Assembly (NCBI GenBank): GCA_013265495.1
Contig: MU061579.1
Location: forward strand, 3,913,749-3,977,748
DNA: 64,000 nt
From: Vicugna vicugna
Lineage: Eukaryota
Reading direction: 5' to 3'
Positions 1 through 13,545 of the stretch are shown in pieces. The notes beneath the pieces are model-generated. The model searched no databases, was not told the DNA's origin, and saw only the letters and a list, made by a program, of their open reading frames with translations. Positions within the stretch are counted from its first letter, which is position 1. The number at the start of each line of letters is the position of its first letter. A program made the translations under genes and the position numbers.

Positions 1-830
1 TGTTGGGTTGTAAGCAGAGATGTGGCATAATCTTGACATGACCTCCTCTTTGAAACAAGATTACTCTAGCTGCTCCACTGAGGATAGATAGAAATGAAAG
101 GAGGCAGAGAAATGAAATTAGTAAGGAGTCTACTGTGATAATAACATTAGCAAGAATGATGGAGATCTGGACCTGAGTGATAACTGTGGTACTAATGAAA
201 ACATGGCTGAAGTAGAGAGAGAGATATTTGAAGAAGAGTGTTCAGTGAAAATAATGGATTTAATTTGGGATGTGAAAGAAATAGTTAACAATGATTACTA
301 GAATTTGGTTGTAGCACATAGAAAGATGGTTTATCATTAACTGAAGTTGGAAGGACCACGGGAGAAGGGGGATTAGGGAAGAAGATCATGAGCTCAGTTT
401 TTGACATGTTCAATTTGAGCCCCTTACCAGTAACTCTGGTAGGGAAGCAGAGTAGGAAGTTGTATTTAAGGATCTGGAGTTCAGAGCAGAGCTCAAGATA
501 CAAAGTTGAGTGCTGTGACTGACTATGTGTGTTCACAAAGGGAGTGAGTACAGAGAGAGAAAAGATGTGATTTTAGGACTAAGCCCCAGGGTGCTGTGAG
601 GGGAGAGAGGTAAGGGGAGGACAAAGAAAGAAAAGGAGCAACATCCAATAATGTAAGCAGAACCTGGGAGTAGATGCTGCCCTGGAAGCCAAAGGAAGAA
701 AGTGTTTCAAAGTAGAGAAACTGAACAGGAAAACAGGCAAATATGCAGAGTTTAAGGAAAAGTTAAAAACAAAAAACATTACAATTGGCAGAATTCGTTT
801 TGGAGTTGACATGGGGAAATGAGGAAGAAA
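1..830 (-). mobile_element. L2 LINE fragment
   Basis: Purine-rich L2 3'-region motifs, e.g. gattactctagctgct, ttttgacatgttcaatttgag, ggatctggagttcagag. Confidence 0.7.
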
Positions 831-2149
831 ATGCTTCTGTTTTATCTTTTTCTGACACAACTGGTCTTAGGTATTACTTCCTGAAAAGAAAACAGCCGTC
901 TTTGTTTTAAAGATGAAACCAAGGAGTTGCAGCATATTTTCCATGGAAATCATCCGTTCTGATGAGGCTAAAACTCTTCATATCTCTACAAATATAATTT
1001 ATTTAATGCCCAGAAAGAATATAATGCTCTGAATACAGGTGCTAAACACAACTAAAGGAAGTAGCTTATTTTCTGAGATAAGTAGAATAATTATGAGCAT
1101 TTTTTAACATCTTAAAAGCATCCTAAAATGTTCCATCAGCAATTCTTTAGAACAACGATTCCATAGCATCTAAAAGGTTCCATCAGTGATTCTTGAGAAC
1201 AACCATGACGTTAGCTTTTAAAAAATGAAAATGATAATGCACTTTGAAGCAGACCTCAGAATTATATCTTTAATAAAAAGTCATGTATTTTCACATAATG
1301 CAAAAGCAAGTGCTGACTGATATTTCCAACTGGGAAAAGTTAAACAGTATCCTATCATCTGGCAAATAGCAAGTGATTCTTGGTGATGAAAATAATCAGG
1401 ACATATTACCTATAGCATGTGCATCTTTGAGAGGAAGGTGATTTACTTGGAATCTGTAACAGGAGAAGAGCATTTGGGGATGCAAATAGTTCTCTTCAAG
1501 ATGACTGTTTATGCTAGAATATTAAGTTTCCATTTGTGGTAAATGGGAAAGCAGATGGCTACGGAAAAATATTTTGTCAAGTTTGTAACATAAACTACCT
1601 AGTTGTAGTAAAAACGTTTTTCTCATCATTGGAAGGAGTAGAGAGTGAGAAATAAACATAAATAGTCTGATTTTTCCAGGATGGAGTTTCCCTCTGGGTT
1701 TTGAGCACTTCCATTAATTTAAATATTTCTCCACAGTTTACCAATTAGTCAATCACGTGTGTAGTTAACAGATATTTATTGAGCTTCTACTATGCTCAGG
1801 CACTGTTTTTGTTGCTGTGGAGAAATAGAAAGCAATGAGACATAAATTCTGACTTCCAGGCTCTAATTACATGGTAGTAAAATTAAGACATGTATTTAAA
1901 TTCATTCATTTATTAATAGCTTACCCTGCTTGCCAGAAATACTAGTATAAATAATGTGTAGAGATACAAAAATGAATTAGACACTTCTAAATTAATATGT
2001 ACGTGGTAGTTAATATTTAATAGTGGTTTTTGCTGTTGAAAGGAACATTGGGACAATATAAAAATAATTACTTTTTACTTTACATATTTGTGTTGTTTAC
2101 TTTTTAATAGTGTATGAATTATTTTATTATTTTTATCATTATCATTAAT

Positions 2150-2340
2150 AATGGCAACGACTGTTATTTGCTCCATGCTTTCTACGTGCCAATCCCTCCT
2201 TGTATGCATTATCTCATTTAATTGTCAAAACAACTCTCAGTGAATGTACTCATAGTAAACCCAACTTATAAATGTGGCAACTGAGGCTTAGAGAAGCTTA
2301 TTAATTACCTAGCCAAACACCCCATATTAAGTGGCACATA
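2150..2340 (-). mobile_element. MIR SINE
   Basis: MIR core: cattatctcatttaat...aactgaggcttagaga. Confidence 0.7.
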
Positions 2341-2937
2341 TTATCCTGGTCTATTTGCCTTCAATACTCAGTTTTATCATCTACCACATACATACGGAAT
2401 ATAGGAAGAAGAGTTTAAGTATGAAGCAAATGGAAGGTTTTGAGGAAAAGGTTGGACTTCTGTTAGGTTGCTTTCAATTTTGGATACTATTTCAATAGAA
2501 AGTTTCAGAATATGCAAGGTATTGGTACATAGAATTTTACTGGAATGTCAAATTTTTGAACGGGATATTTATGAAATTATATTAAAAGCTTATTTGGGAT
2601 CTTGACCATGGACAGTCTCAAAAGACAGGTAGAGGAAACAGTTTCATTTTTATTCTGTCGGCAATAAGGAGCAACAAGGAGTTACTAGTGGATTACGCTG
2701 GCAGCATTCTGTCAAATGAACCAGAGATGCTGGAGTCTGGTTGAGAGAGGAGAAGTTAAAGGTCTATTGTCATGTTATAGATCAGTGCATCAAAGTCTTC
2801 AGTGTGCAGATAAATTCCTTGGGGATCTTGTTAAAAATTCATATCCCAAAGCAGGGAATCACAGCAGAGCCCCAGAGTCTCCAGTTATGTCAAGCATCCA
2901 GATGATCCCTCTGTTAATGGTCCAGAATATATTAGAA

Positions 2938-3192
2938 CAGTGGTCTCAACCTAAGGCATTTTTGTTCTTCAGAGGACATTTGGCAATATCTGGAGATATT
3001 TTTGGTCGTCACAGCTGGGACAGGTAGAGGGGGAGCGAGAGGGATGGAATTGCTCCTGGCACCCTGTGGGTAGAAGCCAGAGATGCTGCTAGAAGACCAA
3101 GATGGTGCTAAACTTTCTCTAATGCATGGGACCCTTCCAACAACAAAGAATTATCTGACCAAAATATCAGTACTGCTGAGGTTGAGAAACTG
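2938..3192 (+). mobile_element. MER20-like hAT-Charlie DNA transposon
   Basis: cagtggtctcaacc...ggacatttggcaatatctggagatatttttggtcgtcacagctggg...gctgaggttgagaaactg. Confidence 0.85.
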
Positions 3193-4232
3193 TGTCCTAA
3201 AATTATAACATTTGCAGAAAATCAATAGCATATCATCTTCAAAAAAAATGTTGGAAATCTTTATAAACTTAAGAAATCCTATGTTCTTTCACATGTGTTG
3301 AGAGGATATTGTAGAACTGGAGGAGAGACAAAAATTTGTCAACCCAGATGTGCAACTACTGAAGAAAATCTAATGCCTGTAACTGATTTCATGCTAACAT
3401 TAAGAATTAAGTTGTGTACATTTCTCCCAAACACAATACATCCATTTTTTCTCCTGATTGTTCTTTTTCTGTATCTTACAAATCATTGTCACTCCCTTAT
3501 ACTTTAAAAAAAATGAAGATAAAAAGATATGTATTATCTCAAAAACTATGTCTTCACTGATAAATAGATCAAATTTTACACCTAATATTTCTCCTTATTT
3601 CCTATCTGCATGGAAAAGGTTTTCATCAGTTATTCCAGTCTATCATTTCCACATTTCCTCAAACTTACATCATTCAATTAGGATTCGGTGATTTTTTTAT
3701 TCCTTATTCTCCCTTCCTTCTTTCTTGCTAACATAACCTTGATTTTGTGGCAAGGCCAGGACAATAATCATGACTGTCCAAAGCCAATTTTCACAAATGC
3801 CCCTTCCCACCATTTTTAACCCTCATGAATGGTGTCCATACACAGGACCACTTCTGATTAATGTCACTTCCTTTGAAGCTGGAGAAGTCTCTGGGAAAGT
3901 TATTGCATTCCCTGAAGAAGAGGGCAGGAGTTCAGATGTGGCTGTCTCCTTCCTGCCTTCAATGTCAATATGATGGCTGGAGATTCAGCAGCCATTTTCT
4001 TGTCAAGTGGGAAGGACTTTCAAGAATTCTTGTTACATTAGGAAAAATAAATCCCTATTTGTTTAACCCACAATAAACATGTTTTCTACTTTCTGCATCA
4101 AAAAACAACTTAAACTGATGTACCTTTCCTCTCCGCCTCCTCAGAGCACATGGCTCATCAGTTTTCACCTAACTTTCCATAATTTTCAATCATTCCCTTT
4201 CTAGTGTCACCTTCCCAAACCTGTAAGCATGT

Positions 4233-4491
4233 TCAACTTTCCTGTACTTCACAAAACAACATATAGCAAACCAAAATACACACATATGTGTATATATATA
4301 TAAAACATACATACTTTTTTCTCTGAGTATTACTTAAAGTTTAAAGTAGAATTTTGTATGTGCTGCAGTTTGACAATGAATGGAAAGATAAATGCTTAAC
4401 TGCCTCTTTGTTTCTTTCTTCTTTTTTTTTTCTTTTGAACTGAATATAGGCTTATCCAAGTTTCTGTGCCTTTATCTTGTAGTTTAAAGCT
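4233..4491 (-). pseudogene. Relic terminal exon K (degenerate Ig domain and hydrophobic tail)
   Basis: atgtag|A, phase-2 join to exon J. ALNYKIKAQKLG*AYIQFKRK keeps the hydrophobic register of PVTLEVEVTGFPEPTLTWYKK; STYKILL*TLS~GLYVARAQNSS. The tail overlaps a TA-rich tract, so it is weak evidence. Confidence 0.35.
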
Positions 4492-4746
4492 CTACATAGT
4501 AACAGATGAATCATTTTATAAGAGAATAGAAAAGAAAATATATCTTTCTTTCCTTATTATTATTAAAAAGTTATTTAAAAAAAATACCAGCAACCCCCAC
4601 AGTGTATTTTCAAATGTTATATATGGAGTTAACTACATATCTCCTTTTAAGAACATTTATAAAAACTGTGGTACAGTGAGCAAAAAAGGGGGGTTAAACT
4701 CCTCTAATTTGAATTCCATTGTCAAATCTACTTTTCTAAAATCTAC

Positions 4747-4984
4747 CTTGTCGACATTCTTTCAGCACATTTTAAAATTACAGAACAATGCTTAGGTGAT
4801 TGGTAAGGCATTTTCAGAATGCCACTGGCAAATGTGAAACATTTTCTCAGATCCAAAATAGCATAACAAGCACAGCTCCCCCCTGTTGAGAAACTTACTA
4901 ATTCAAGAATTGTGCAAACTCTCACAGATGCTGATGCTCCCACAGGGGACTGAGCTAGTGCTGCCACCTTTTCACTTGTGGCAC
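4747..4984 (-). pseudogene. Relic exon J
   Basis: TSEKVAALAQSPVG~TQDRLHASSDAFSG; QSPKHCSVILKCAERM~QAPNFSRLLSNVTVM (start of the Ig domain). Donor ACAAG|gtagat; acceptor weak (gag); an internal gtaagt lies at 4898. Confidence 0.5.
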
Positions 4985-5453
4985 CTCACGTAATTAAGAA
5001 AATTACAGTTATGCTCCTTTCTCCAAGACAGGGAACAAAAACCGTCCTTGGACTCTTTCCAAAGATAAATGGGCAATAAATCTCTCATACCTTTTTTTTT
5101 CTCTAGTTAAGAACATGAAAAAAACATACAGGCATTACATTTTTCAGTGCTGGTGGACAGACTAGCAGAAAAAGTTTAATTTATTTTATGCCTCGTGCCC
5201 CTTATGCTCCCTCATTTAGAAAGATGTGATAATGATTATATTAACATATTTTGTCTGAGGTGAAGTTTAAGATATGTATCAATGTGCTCTGAAGAAGGTA
5301 GGAGGCTGGAATAAAGGTGAAAAGAAATTCCTAGAAGATGTAATGTATTATATCTATTCATAGTTATCTTTCATCTCTAAAAATGGGGAAAAGCAGAGTT
5401 CAAATTCTAAGCCTATGGTTCCACTTCAATATAGTCCAGACACAGCATGCTAC

Positions 5454-5528
5454 CTCCATCTATTTCTTATTTGGTTCCCTGATTTCTTCAGTTTCTTGTG
5501 CTGCTCCCTTTCCATGTTGATCTTCATT
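5454..5528 (-). pseudogene. Relic exon I (75 nt)
   Basis: caacag|AAT...GGAG|gtagca, after a 62-nt intron from exon H. One frame reads QHGKGAAQETEE~QHPQAQGGLLETRE; the phase-2 frame continuing from exon H is open. Confidence 0.5.
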
Positions 5529-5590
5529 CTGTTGTATCAGCGCAATTATATTAATTGCAAGGTATTCTTAGGAGCTATGCCTGTACTTAC

Positions 5591-5973
5591 TCAATGCTCT
5601 TATTTTTAAGTGCTCAGTGTTAGCCTATGATATTTCCATAGACCTGCTTATTTATGCCTTTAAATCCACGCATTTTAAAAAAGACCTTTTGCTTCTGACA
5701 CACTAAGCAGAACATGTGGCATATGTTCACTTCTACTGGTATTCCTCTGTCTGGGTTTTTCTCTTCTTTACTCCCCGGAGAACTCTGAGTTGTGTTATAA
5801 AGGCAGTGGGTGGATAGAACTGATGAGTATAATTGATGAGTCTTTCTCTTCCATTTTTTTTTTAGAGAAAGAGGACAGATTCCCTGAAAATCCTCATTCA
5901 TCACAATTACAACCTCAACCTCCAGTATTTTGACTGAATGTACCACATCTTTCTTTATTTCACCATGTAAATC
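5591..5973 (-). pseudogene. Relic exon H
   Basis: ggcag|GAT...ATTGA|gtaagt. EDFQGICPLSL~EEYECVSPDDISL, SSVLSTH~SSSLSLH, SSPG~SSPG, RGF~RGF. Open for 117 codons, then TAA and TGA. Confidence 0.68.
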
Positions 5974-8900
5974 CTGCCATGCATTTAGCCATTAACACAA
6001 GTGGGCAATACATAGTAGCACTCAAGGAACAAATTATAATTTTCCTTACTCAAATTTTTATTTACATACTCATCTAGAGAAGTATTATCCTCAAAGGGAA
6101 AATACCTTCCTTTACAAGTTTATTAGTATTACTTACATTTTTACAAGGTTATAATAAATCATGTAAGACCATACCAAGAAAAAAAAAAAAACCACAACTG
6201 AAATACTCAGAATCAGTAACTATACAGAAAAACTCCATAAGTAGATATTGCTCTACCTCAATCATATGCCAACATGGGACAAAAAAGTCTGATGGGATGT
6301 AAGCAGCTCATGGAGAACTATGCTGTGCAAATGTTACCACTGGATTAGAACTAACTGTATAGAAAGCTGTTCTTATTGCTAACCAGGTTGAATCTGCTAC
6401 AGTAAACAATAAAGTCAGTGCCCAGAGGAGACAGACCAAACTGGAGCTATTCATTTACTAACAAAGTGAAAATCTAGAAAAAGAAGTCAAACACTCCACT
6501 GGCAAACTATAAGTGATGAATGCAATAGGATATATACGACAAGCATTCAGACATTAAAATGGAGTATTTGGACTAACGACAGTAGACATTTGAATTAATA
6601 ACAGTAGTGGAAAGGTGGGAACTTCTTTGAATAGTGTTTCCCTCAGTCTGTGAAATGGGAAAGGGCACACTTATCTTAGAGGGATATAAATTTATGTTAG
6701 AAAATGATCTTACAGGAAATTGACAACATGTCATGTACAAAAGGGTTTTAGCAGATGGGACCTCGTATTTTATAAGTAACATCACTTATTATCTTTGACA
6801 TAATGGTAGTGAGTAGAATATATACAATCTGTAGCACATTTCTCTGGCTCATGGGGCTAACTGTCACCCTTCTAGTATCCCCGCCAGAATTTTTACCTTC
6901 TCAGGCTTCAATGCAAGTAGCTAATCTGTCTGTAAAGTAATTGAAATTGCGCTTGACTGAAAGTCAAGCGCAAGTTCAATTTATATCATTGTAGTTGCTC
7001 TTTTAATTTTGCCACTCTACATGCTTTTATAGTAAAATATTCAATAAATTTTGTGCAGTTTTGTTCCTAAGCTTCTTAATTATAAGGGTGTATAAACAAT
7101 GTGATATTTATGTATTTTTAAAAACAGCAAATTAAATTCTATTAAAGGACTTCACTTAGTAAAGTTGGCAAGGAATTTATGTGAGTTATGTTGAATGCTT
7201 TCTCTTCCTCACTTCAGTTGTACCAGAATCTTGGAACTAAAATGGTGAAGAAAACTGGAAAAGGGCCCAGGGTTTTAGTTACTGTAAGTATTGATCTCCT
7301 TTCAAGGTTCAATCCATATGGTCCACTAAAATTGGGAGTCAAACTCTTAAAAAGGACTTGAAAAAATTTTTCTAAAGTCAAAAATATATAAAAGGTAATC
7401 ATGAAAGAGTTTTCGCATCTCTCAGAGTACTACAGTCAAGCACAGTTCATGCTTCTACCACTCAACCATGTTTCTACTGACCTCTTTTCTAGTCTCTAGA
7501 GATCCACCAGTTCTGGGGTCAAGACCTCCAGTCTTCAACTCATTTGCTGTTCTTCTTCTACTCTTGCCTTATCTCTCTAAGTACCTGAAAAATTTGTAAG
7601 TTAAAAGCCTACATAGGGTTTTTGTTCAGAGTGGGCCTAGTCTAAACTGCTAGGTTAACATAATATCTGTTCCTTTTACTCTGGAATTAAGGAGAGTCCA
7701 TATTTTAATAAAAATCACCTGACAATTAATGGTGACAGAACAGACAAGAAATTGTGTTTTTATCCAACTGCAACTGATGAATGCATTTATGTAAAGGGAA
7801 AAAAAAAACAGAACAAAGCACAAAACAATTATCTACAATAAAATGCTAATAAAGCATATTGTTACATATAGCAAGATATGTGTGCTGGCACACATAACCA
7901 GCTTATCTATTTTCTTACATACACTATGAATTATACAACTGAACAAGCTCTCCTTTTCACATAATTTTACTTTGTTATTCTGCTCCATTTCACAGATTTT
8001 TTTTTTGTTTACAAAGAGAATGGACTACATAATCAGATAAATGGATTAAATATTACCTGTCCCTTTCACAACCAAAGGGTACTGGCAATTCACTTTAATT
8101 CTTTGAGCCTTTGTTTCTGCACCCAAAAAATAAAGATGAGAATATCCAGTTTATAGGATTGCTGTAGAGATTTTTGAATGGCTATAAACTGTGATGGTTA
8201 GAAATGCTCGAGATATTTATCACTATCCTCAACAACCCATGAGGTATATTAATTTCACCCCTAATTTTGTGTGTATGTGTGTATGTTTAAAAAAAATATT
8301 TATCCAATTCTCTCAATTCTTCTTTCAGTTTTCAAGTCTAGGTAAAGTTTTAAGTATTCAAGACAAACAAAATGAGACATAATAAAATTTCTTAAAAATA
8401 AAAATGGCTTTTTCTCTGCTTTTAGAAACTATTAAATGCTAGTTCCTAGCACTAATAGTAATTTGAGAAATGGACAGAAAAAAATCAAGAATAAGGTGCA
8501 CTAATTGATTAAGCAAATGATGATGTTAACTCTACTTAAAATATTGACAGAATAAATGAGCAATTAAAACCAATATAATGGCAATGGGGAATTGCTTTCC
8601 TAACTTTCTTAATCATTTTACTGTCAACAATGACTGTTTAAAGTAAGGTTATATGCCAAAATATTCTTCCAAAAAATTAATAGAAAATAGATAATTAAAA
8701 TAAGGTTTAAAGATGATAGGAAAGATGATACCTACAAGCACCTAGGAATGACAGAGGAATTTACATTATTACAGAATTCTCTTTAAATTAAAATAATCAA
8801 AGACCTCAGATTTGGTAATGGTACTTAAAAAATAACTTTATCCATTCAATTAAGAATATCTTGTATAGTCAATGACCATCTTCTAGCATAAAATAAGGTA

Positions 8901-9549
8901 AAATTTTTAAGTTACAGGACACAATTTATTGGAAAGCTTTTTTGGATTTAAGTCCAGTGTTGTTTCCCAAGATTTATTTTTCTCTAAGTAAGCGTGATAG
9001 TAGTGACAGTTCCACAATAATGTAAACGTGTTTAATGCCACTAAATTGTACACTGAAAAACAGTCCAAATAACTTTTATGTTATTTGTATTTTACCACAA
9101 TAAAAAAATTCAAAAGATAGGAAGCTACATTTTATTGACAAAACAGGTTATTTCCTAACATTTTATTGACAAAACAGGTTATTTCCTAACTTTAAAAAAT
9201 AATGATTAACTTTTTTTGAAAAAAGAAATTATTCCTTAATTGTGAGTCCTCTTTTTTTTTACCCCTTTCTCATTATTTTTTCCTTATGATTTCTTGTATT
9301 TTCCCATGTTCCTTTAAAATGTGGAAACCTGTAACTGACGTCATACTAGAAAACAGAAGAGGAGTACTGTTTCTGTTGGGCTCTGCTATTGCCATGGCTG
9401 TGAGATTTCCCCTGTCTGGCTTCCCTACTCTACTGGAGGTTTCTGTTTATTATTTTTACAGTATCATAAGGATATTTGTTTATATCAGAGAATTAAGTCA
9501 AAATACGTATTTTTTATTACTAAGACTGAATATATACATAAAATGATGT

Positions 9550-10065
9550 TAGAATAATTATTGTCCTTTTGGTATATACTAAATGGAAGTGTCTATACAG
9601 TTTTACCAAAAGTCATATGCAAATTGTTAAAATTATACCAGGTATAATATTCAAAATGGATATAATCCAAATTTTTTTCAATAGTAGTACAATAACTAAA
9701 TAGTGGTATATTCAAATAATGATGAACTATATAGCCATGAGAATAAACAACTATTGCCATGCCCACTAGTATTGATTGATTTTACAAACATACTATTGAA
9801 CTGAAAAAGGTAGCCACAAAAAGATGCACACAATATGATTCCATTTACTTAAAGCAGGAAGAGACGAGAAGGTTACCTACAGTGTTAGAAGTATGGAGAG
9901 TGGCTATCTAGGGAGAAGCCGTGTCTGGGAGCAGGATGCAGACACTTCGTGGGGTGTGGCAATGTTCCAGTGCTCCGTCTGGATGCTAGTTACTTTGTGA
10001 AAATTCATTTAAAGGTACATATTTCTTCACGCATGCTATATGGCAATAAGAAATGTACTTAAAAT
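9550..10065 (+). mobile_element. Old L1 (L1ME-like) 3' end
   Basis: tagtggtatattcaaataatg...atatgattccatttac...gtgaaaattcatt motifs. Confidence 0.65.
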
Positions 10066-11854
10066 TTTAAAAGTCCTGAATTCTGTTCTATGATTAGCAT
10101 GTATGTAGCTCAAATTCTTTCAGTTTCTCTACAATTTCTATACATGAAAAACCAAAGGGACTGGCAGTGGCAGACTGGCAAAAATCCAAATCACTGAAGA
10201 CAATAGCCACAGAAACAATAATGAAATAACTTTCAGGAAATACCAAAACAAGAATTGAAATAAAATATTAGCAGTTTAATGATACTTTTGAATGTCTAAC
10301 TTAAGAATTTTACTACACCATTAAATAGTGTATCAGCATGTCAATGCAGTGGTTTGTACCCACTGTTAGTCCTGAGACTCTCAGCTAGTTGTGTGTGTAC
10401 TTAATCAGTTGTTCCCTATTCCACTTTGCATTTTTTTAAACTTTCCATAAGGGTATTGTTTTGCTCTTTTCTCCTTTTTTTGTGGGAAAAAATATTGATA
10501 TCAAATTGTACTCTTTAAAAAATCTGATCTTGTAAAGAAATCCACACTACTTGTTTCATCTGTAAATGGAATGAGTATAGACTAAGTTCTTTACCCAGGT
10601 CACGGGCAGAGATTTTAGGTAATATTTGCCTCAGGATACATTTCCCATGGTGACTGTGATTGGAGAGTCGGCTGTGGGCTGTAAAGCAGTCCTTTTGGTT
10701 ATAATCCTTCCCACATGGCATTTACCCAAGACTTTAGTTTTCAGAGGCAGCAATTATTTCCCCAAACTAGCATAGTCCGGGGCTCTCTATTACAGGCTCA
10801 CTTCATCCTTGTTTTTTGTGATCAAAAAATCTCCTGCCTTCAGGCAAGGTGGGTCCGACAGCCACTGTTGTTTTCCTAACACTGCTCGACTCCTCTCCTC
10901 CTTTAGAAGCCGTAACTCACTGTGTCTGGGGAGTACAGTATTTTTGTCTGCCCTCTCTTCCTGGCCCTCTCCTATTTGCCCTAGCTACACAGTCAGCAGA
11001 ATGTCACATTAGGTGTCCTAAAGAGTGCTAGTATTATTTTTGAGCCATTTCCATCCTTCAGAGGCAGGACTGGCTAATCAACTGAGATGAATGGGACACA
11101 CTATAAGCAGAGTGGTCCTAGGAAAAGATAACGCTCTATGGCACACCTGCCTTCTTCACTGTGCACTAGACATTTAGAAGATTTAACTGCTGCTGCAAAA
11201 GAGGCTTCTAGGAAAGAAACCATAATTCCATAGGAATTTAACTCACTCAACCATCATCTCTAATGCGAGTAACACAAGAAACTCTGAAGTGGCCTAGTGT
11301 CAAGAGACCAGCTAGGCCACCCATACTTAAATACCAGTGGAAAACAAGTCTCTTCTGCTTTCTCAGCTACAGCCAAATCTATGTGTGATGAGACCGTTTA
11401 GTTCCAAGGAGAATATTTGCATTTAACTTCTATTGAGCACTCAATGCACACAGCACCATTTCTAAAACTTCATCTGCATTATCTCAATTAATCCTGTGAT
11501 AAAACTCTGAATTATAAAATCTTAATGTTTATTCTAGAGATGTGAAAACTGAGGCAAAAAGAAATTTAGTCATATGTTTCAAAACATACAACACGTAGCC
11601 TTTGGAACTGAGATTCCTGGGTTGATTCTGGAATCTCCACGAAGTGTATCAATGCTCTGAGTCCTGTGCTCCTGAAATGGGGATGTGAAATCTTAATGAG
11701 ACGCAAGGAAAAATCTCCCTCTCTGTATTATTCTCTTAGGGCGGCCACAACAAAGCATCACAAACTAGGTGAGTTTCAATAACTTGCCCAAGATCTTGAG
11801 ATTAGTATGTGAAGCCAGGATTAAAACCCTGGTGGTCTGAATCCAAAGCCTTGT

Positions 11855-12310
11855 GTATTAGTTTCCTGTAACTGCGGTAACAAATTACCAAAAACTAGAT
11901 GGCTAATGACAACAGAAATTTATTGTCTCATAGTTTTGAAAGCTGGAAGTTTGAAATCAAGGTGTCAGCAGAGCCATGGACCTGAAACCCACAGGGCCTC
12001 CTTGCTTGCCTCTTCCTAGCTTCTGCTGGTTTTCCATCGATCCTTGACAACCCTTGGTTGTAACTGCGTAACTCCAGTCTGTATCTCTGTCATCACACTG
12101 CATTCTGTGTGCGTCTGTTCTCACATGGCTATCTTCTTTATAAGGACACCAATCATACTGGATTAGGAGCCCACCCTACTCTAATAGGACCTCATCTCAG
12201 CTTAACTAATTACATCTGCAACAAAGTTATGTGTTAAAAGATCACATTCGGAGGTAGTGGGGGTTAGAATATATCTTTTTTGAGGGGGAAGAAAGTATAC
12301 AGTTCAACAT
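11855..12310 (-). mobile_element. MaLR LTR (MLT1B/C-like)
   Basis: tgtattagtttcctgtaactgc...tcttataaggacaccaatcatactggattagg...aattacatctgcaac. Confidence 0.8.
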
Positions 12311-13059
12311 CAAAATCATCTCCTTTATGTTCTCATAGCCCTGAATCTTAAAATATTTAAAGAAATATCACTGTCTAACTTATTACAATGCATCTGCTCA
12401 TATGTGTTACCTACCTATTAGAGTATGAGATGTCAACAGGTCAATAGCTACCACATCTTACATTTTGTTACCCCTTGACTATTTTTTGATAGGAACTTGT
12501 ACAATTAATATATTTTTGAATAAGTAAATGAATAATTTTGATGCATACCTGTATTAGGTACATATTGGTGCATAACACATTACTCTCAAACTTAAAAAAA
12601 CATGCATTTATTGTTTCAGTTTATCTGGATGAGAAATCTAAAAGCTTAAATTAGGTTTTATATTTCTTTCAATATGATTTTATTTTTTACTTACTACGGT
12701 AACTATAGACATGAGCCTCAGTAAATTGATTAGGATTTAAAGAGAGATAAGGTAGTGGTCTATATGGTAGTAGTGTAAAGAGCACAGCACAGTCTCAATT
12801 TTACATAGATTTCATTTGGTTAGCAATTCTTATCAGAAAAGCATTACACAAGGCATTGTGGAGATGTCAAATAAGTAAGCCATTGTTCTTGGATTTAACA
12901 TTGTCACAGCAAGAAAGCAGAATCTGAAAAGTAGAAAAAAACTAACAAACAACAAATAAATGTATATTGGTTGTACTAAGACCAGGTACTAACTTTCCTA
13001 GTTCAGTTAGTCCAATAATACTTCTATTCAGTTTTTTTCTCCTCTATGTTTAATCTTTT

Positions 13060-13260
13060 TAACATTTTTTTGAGTTATAATCATTTTACAATGTTGCATC
13101 AAATTCCAGTGAAGAGCACACTTTTTCAGTTATACATGAACATATATATATTCATTGTCACACATTTTTTTCTCTGTGAGCTACCATAATATCTTGTATA
13201 TATTTCCCTGTGCTGTACATTATAATCTTGTTTATCTATTCTACATTTTGAAATCCTAAT
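13060..13260 (-). mobile_element. Lineage-specific L1 3' end
   Basis: Reverse complement is closely similar to the L1 3' UTR at ~63510-63710. Confidence 0.8.
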
Positions 13261-13294
13261 CAGTTTTAAAAACTGTTTTGTAATGTCTTTTTTA

Positions 13295-13545
13295 AATTTT
13301 TTTTTAAATTGAAGTATAGTTGATTTATAATGTTTCAGGTATACAGCAAAGTGATTCAGTTATACACATATATTACTTTTCAGATTCTTTTCCATTATAG
13401 GTTATTATAAGGTATTGAATATAGTTCCATGTGTCATACAGTAGGTCCTTGCTTTTTATCTATTTTACATATAGTAGTGTGTATCCCAAAGTCCTAATTT
13501 ATCCCTCCCCACCTTTCCCCCTTTGGTAATCATAAGTTTGTCTTA
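13295..13545 (-). mobile_element. Artiodactyl-type L1 3' end
   Basis: aattgaagtatagttgatttataatgtttcaggtatacagcaaagtgattcagttatac...gtaggtccttg. Confidence 0.8.

Noticed and set aside
9127..9188. Perfect 31-bp tandem duplication (also ~48-bp at 1117-1206 and ~18-bp at 62074-62129)
   Set aside because: Two-copy local duplications without spacers; not CRISPR-like and no functional cue.
9262..9345. Minus-strand exon candidate (YDVSYRFPHFKGTWENTRNHKEKIMRK)
   Set aside because: It has AG/GT ends but no CCDC141 similarity, and exons G and H already join in frame without it.
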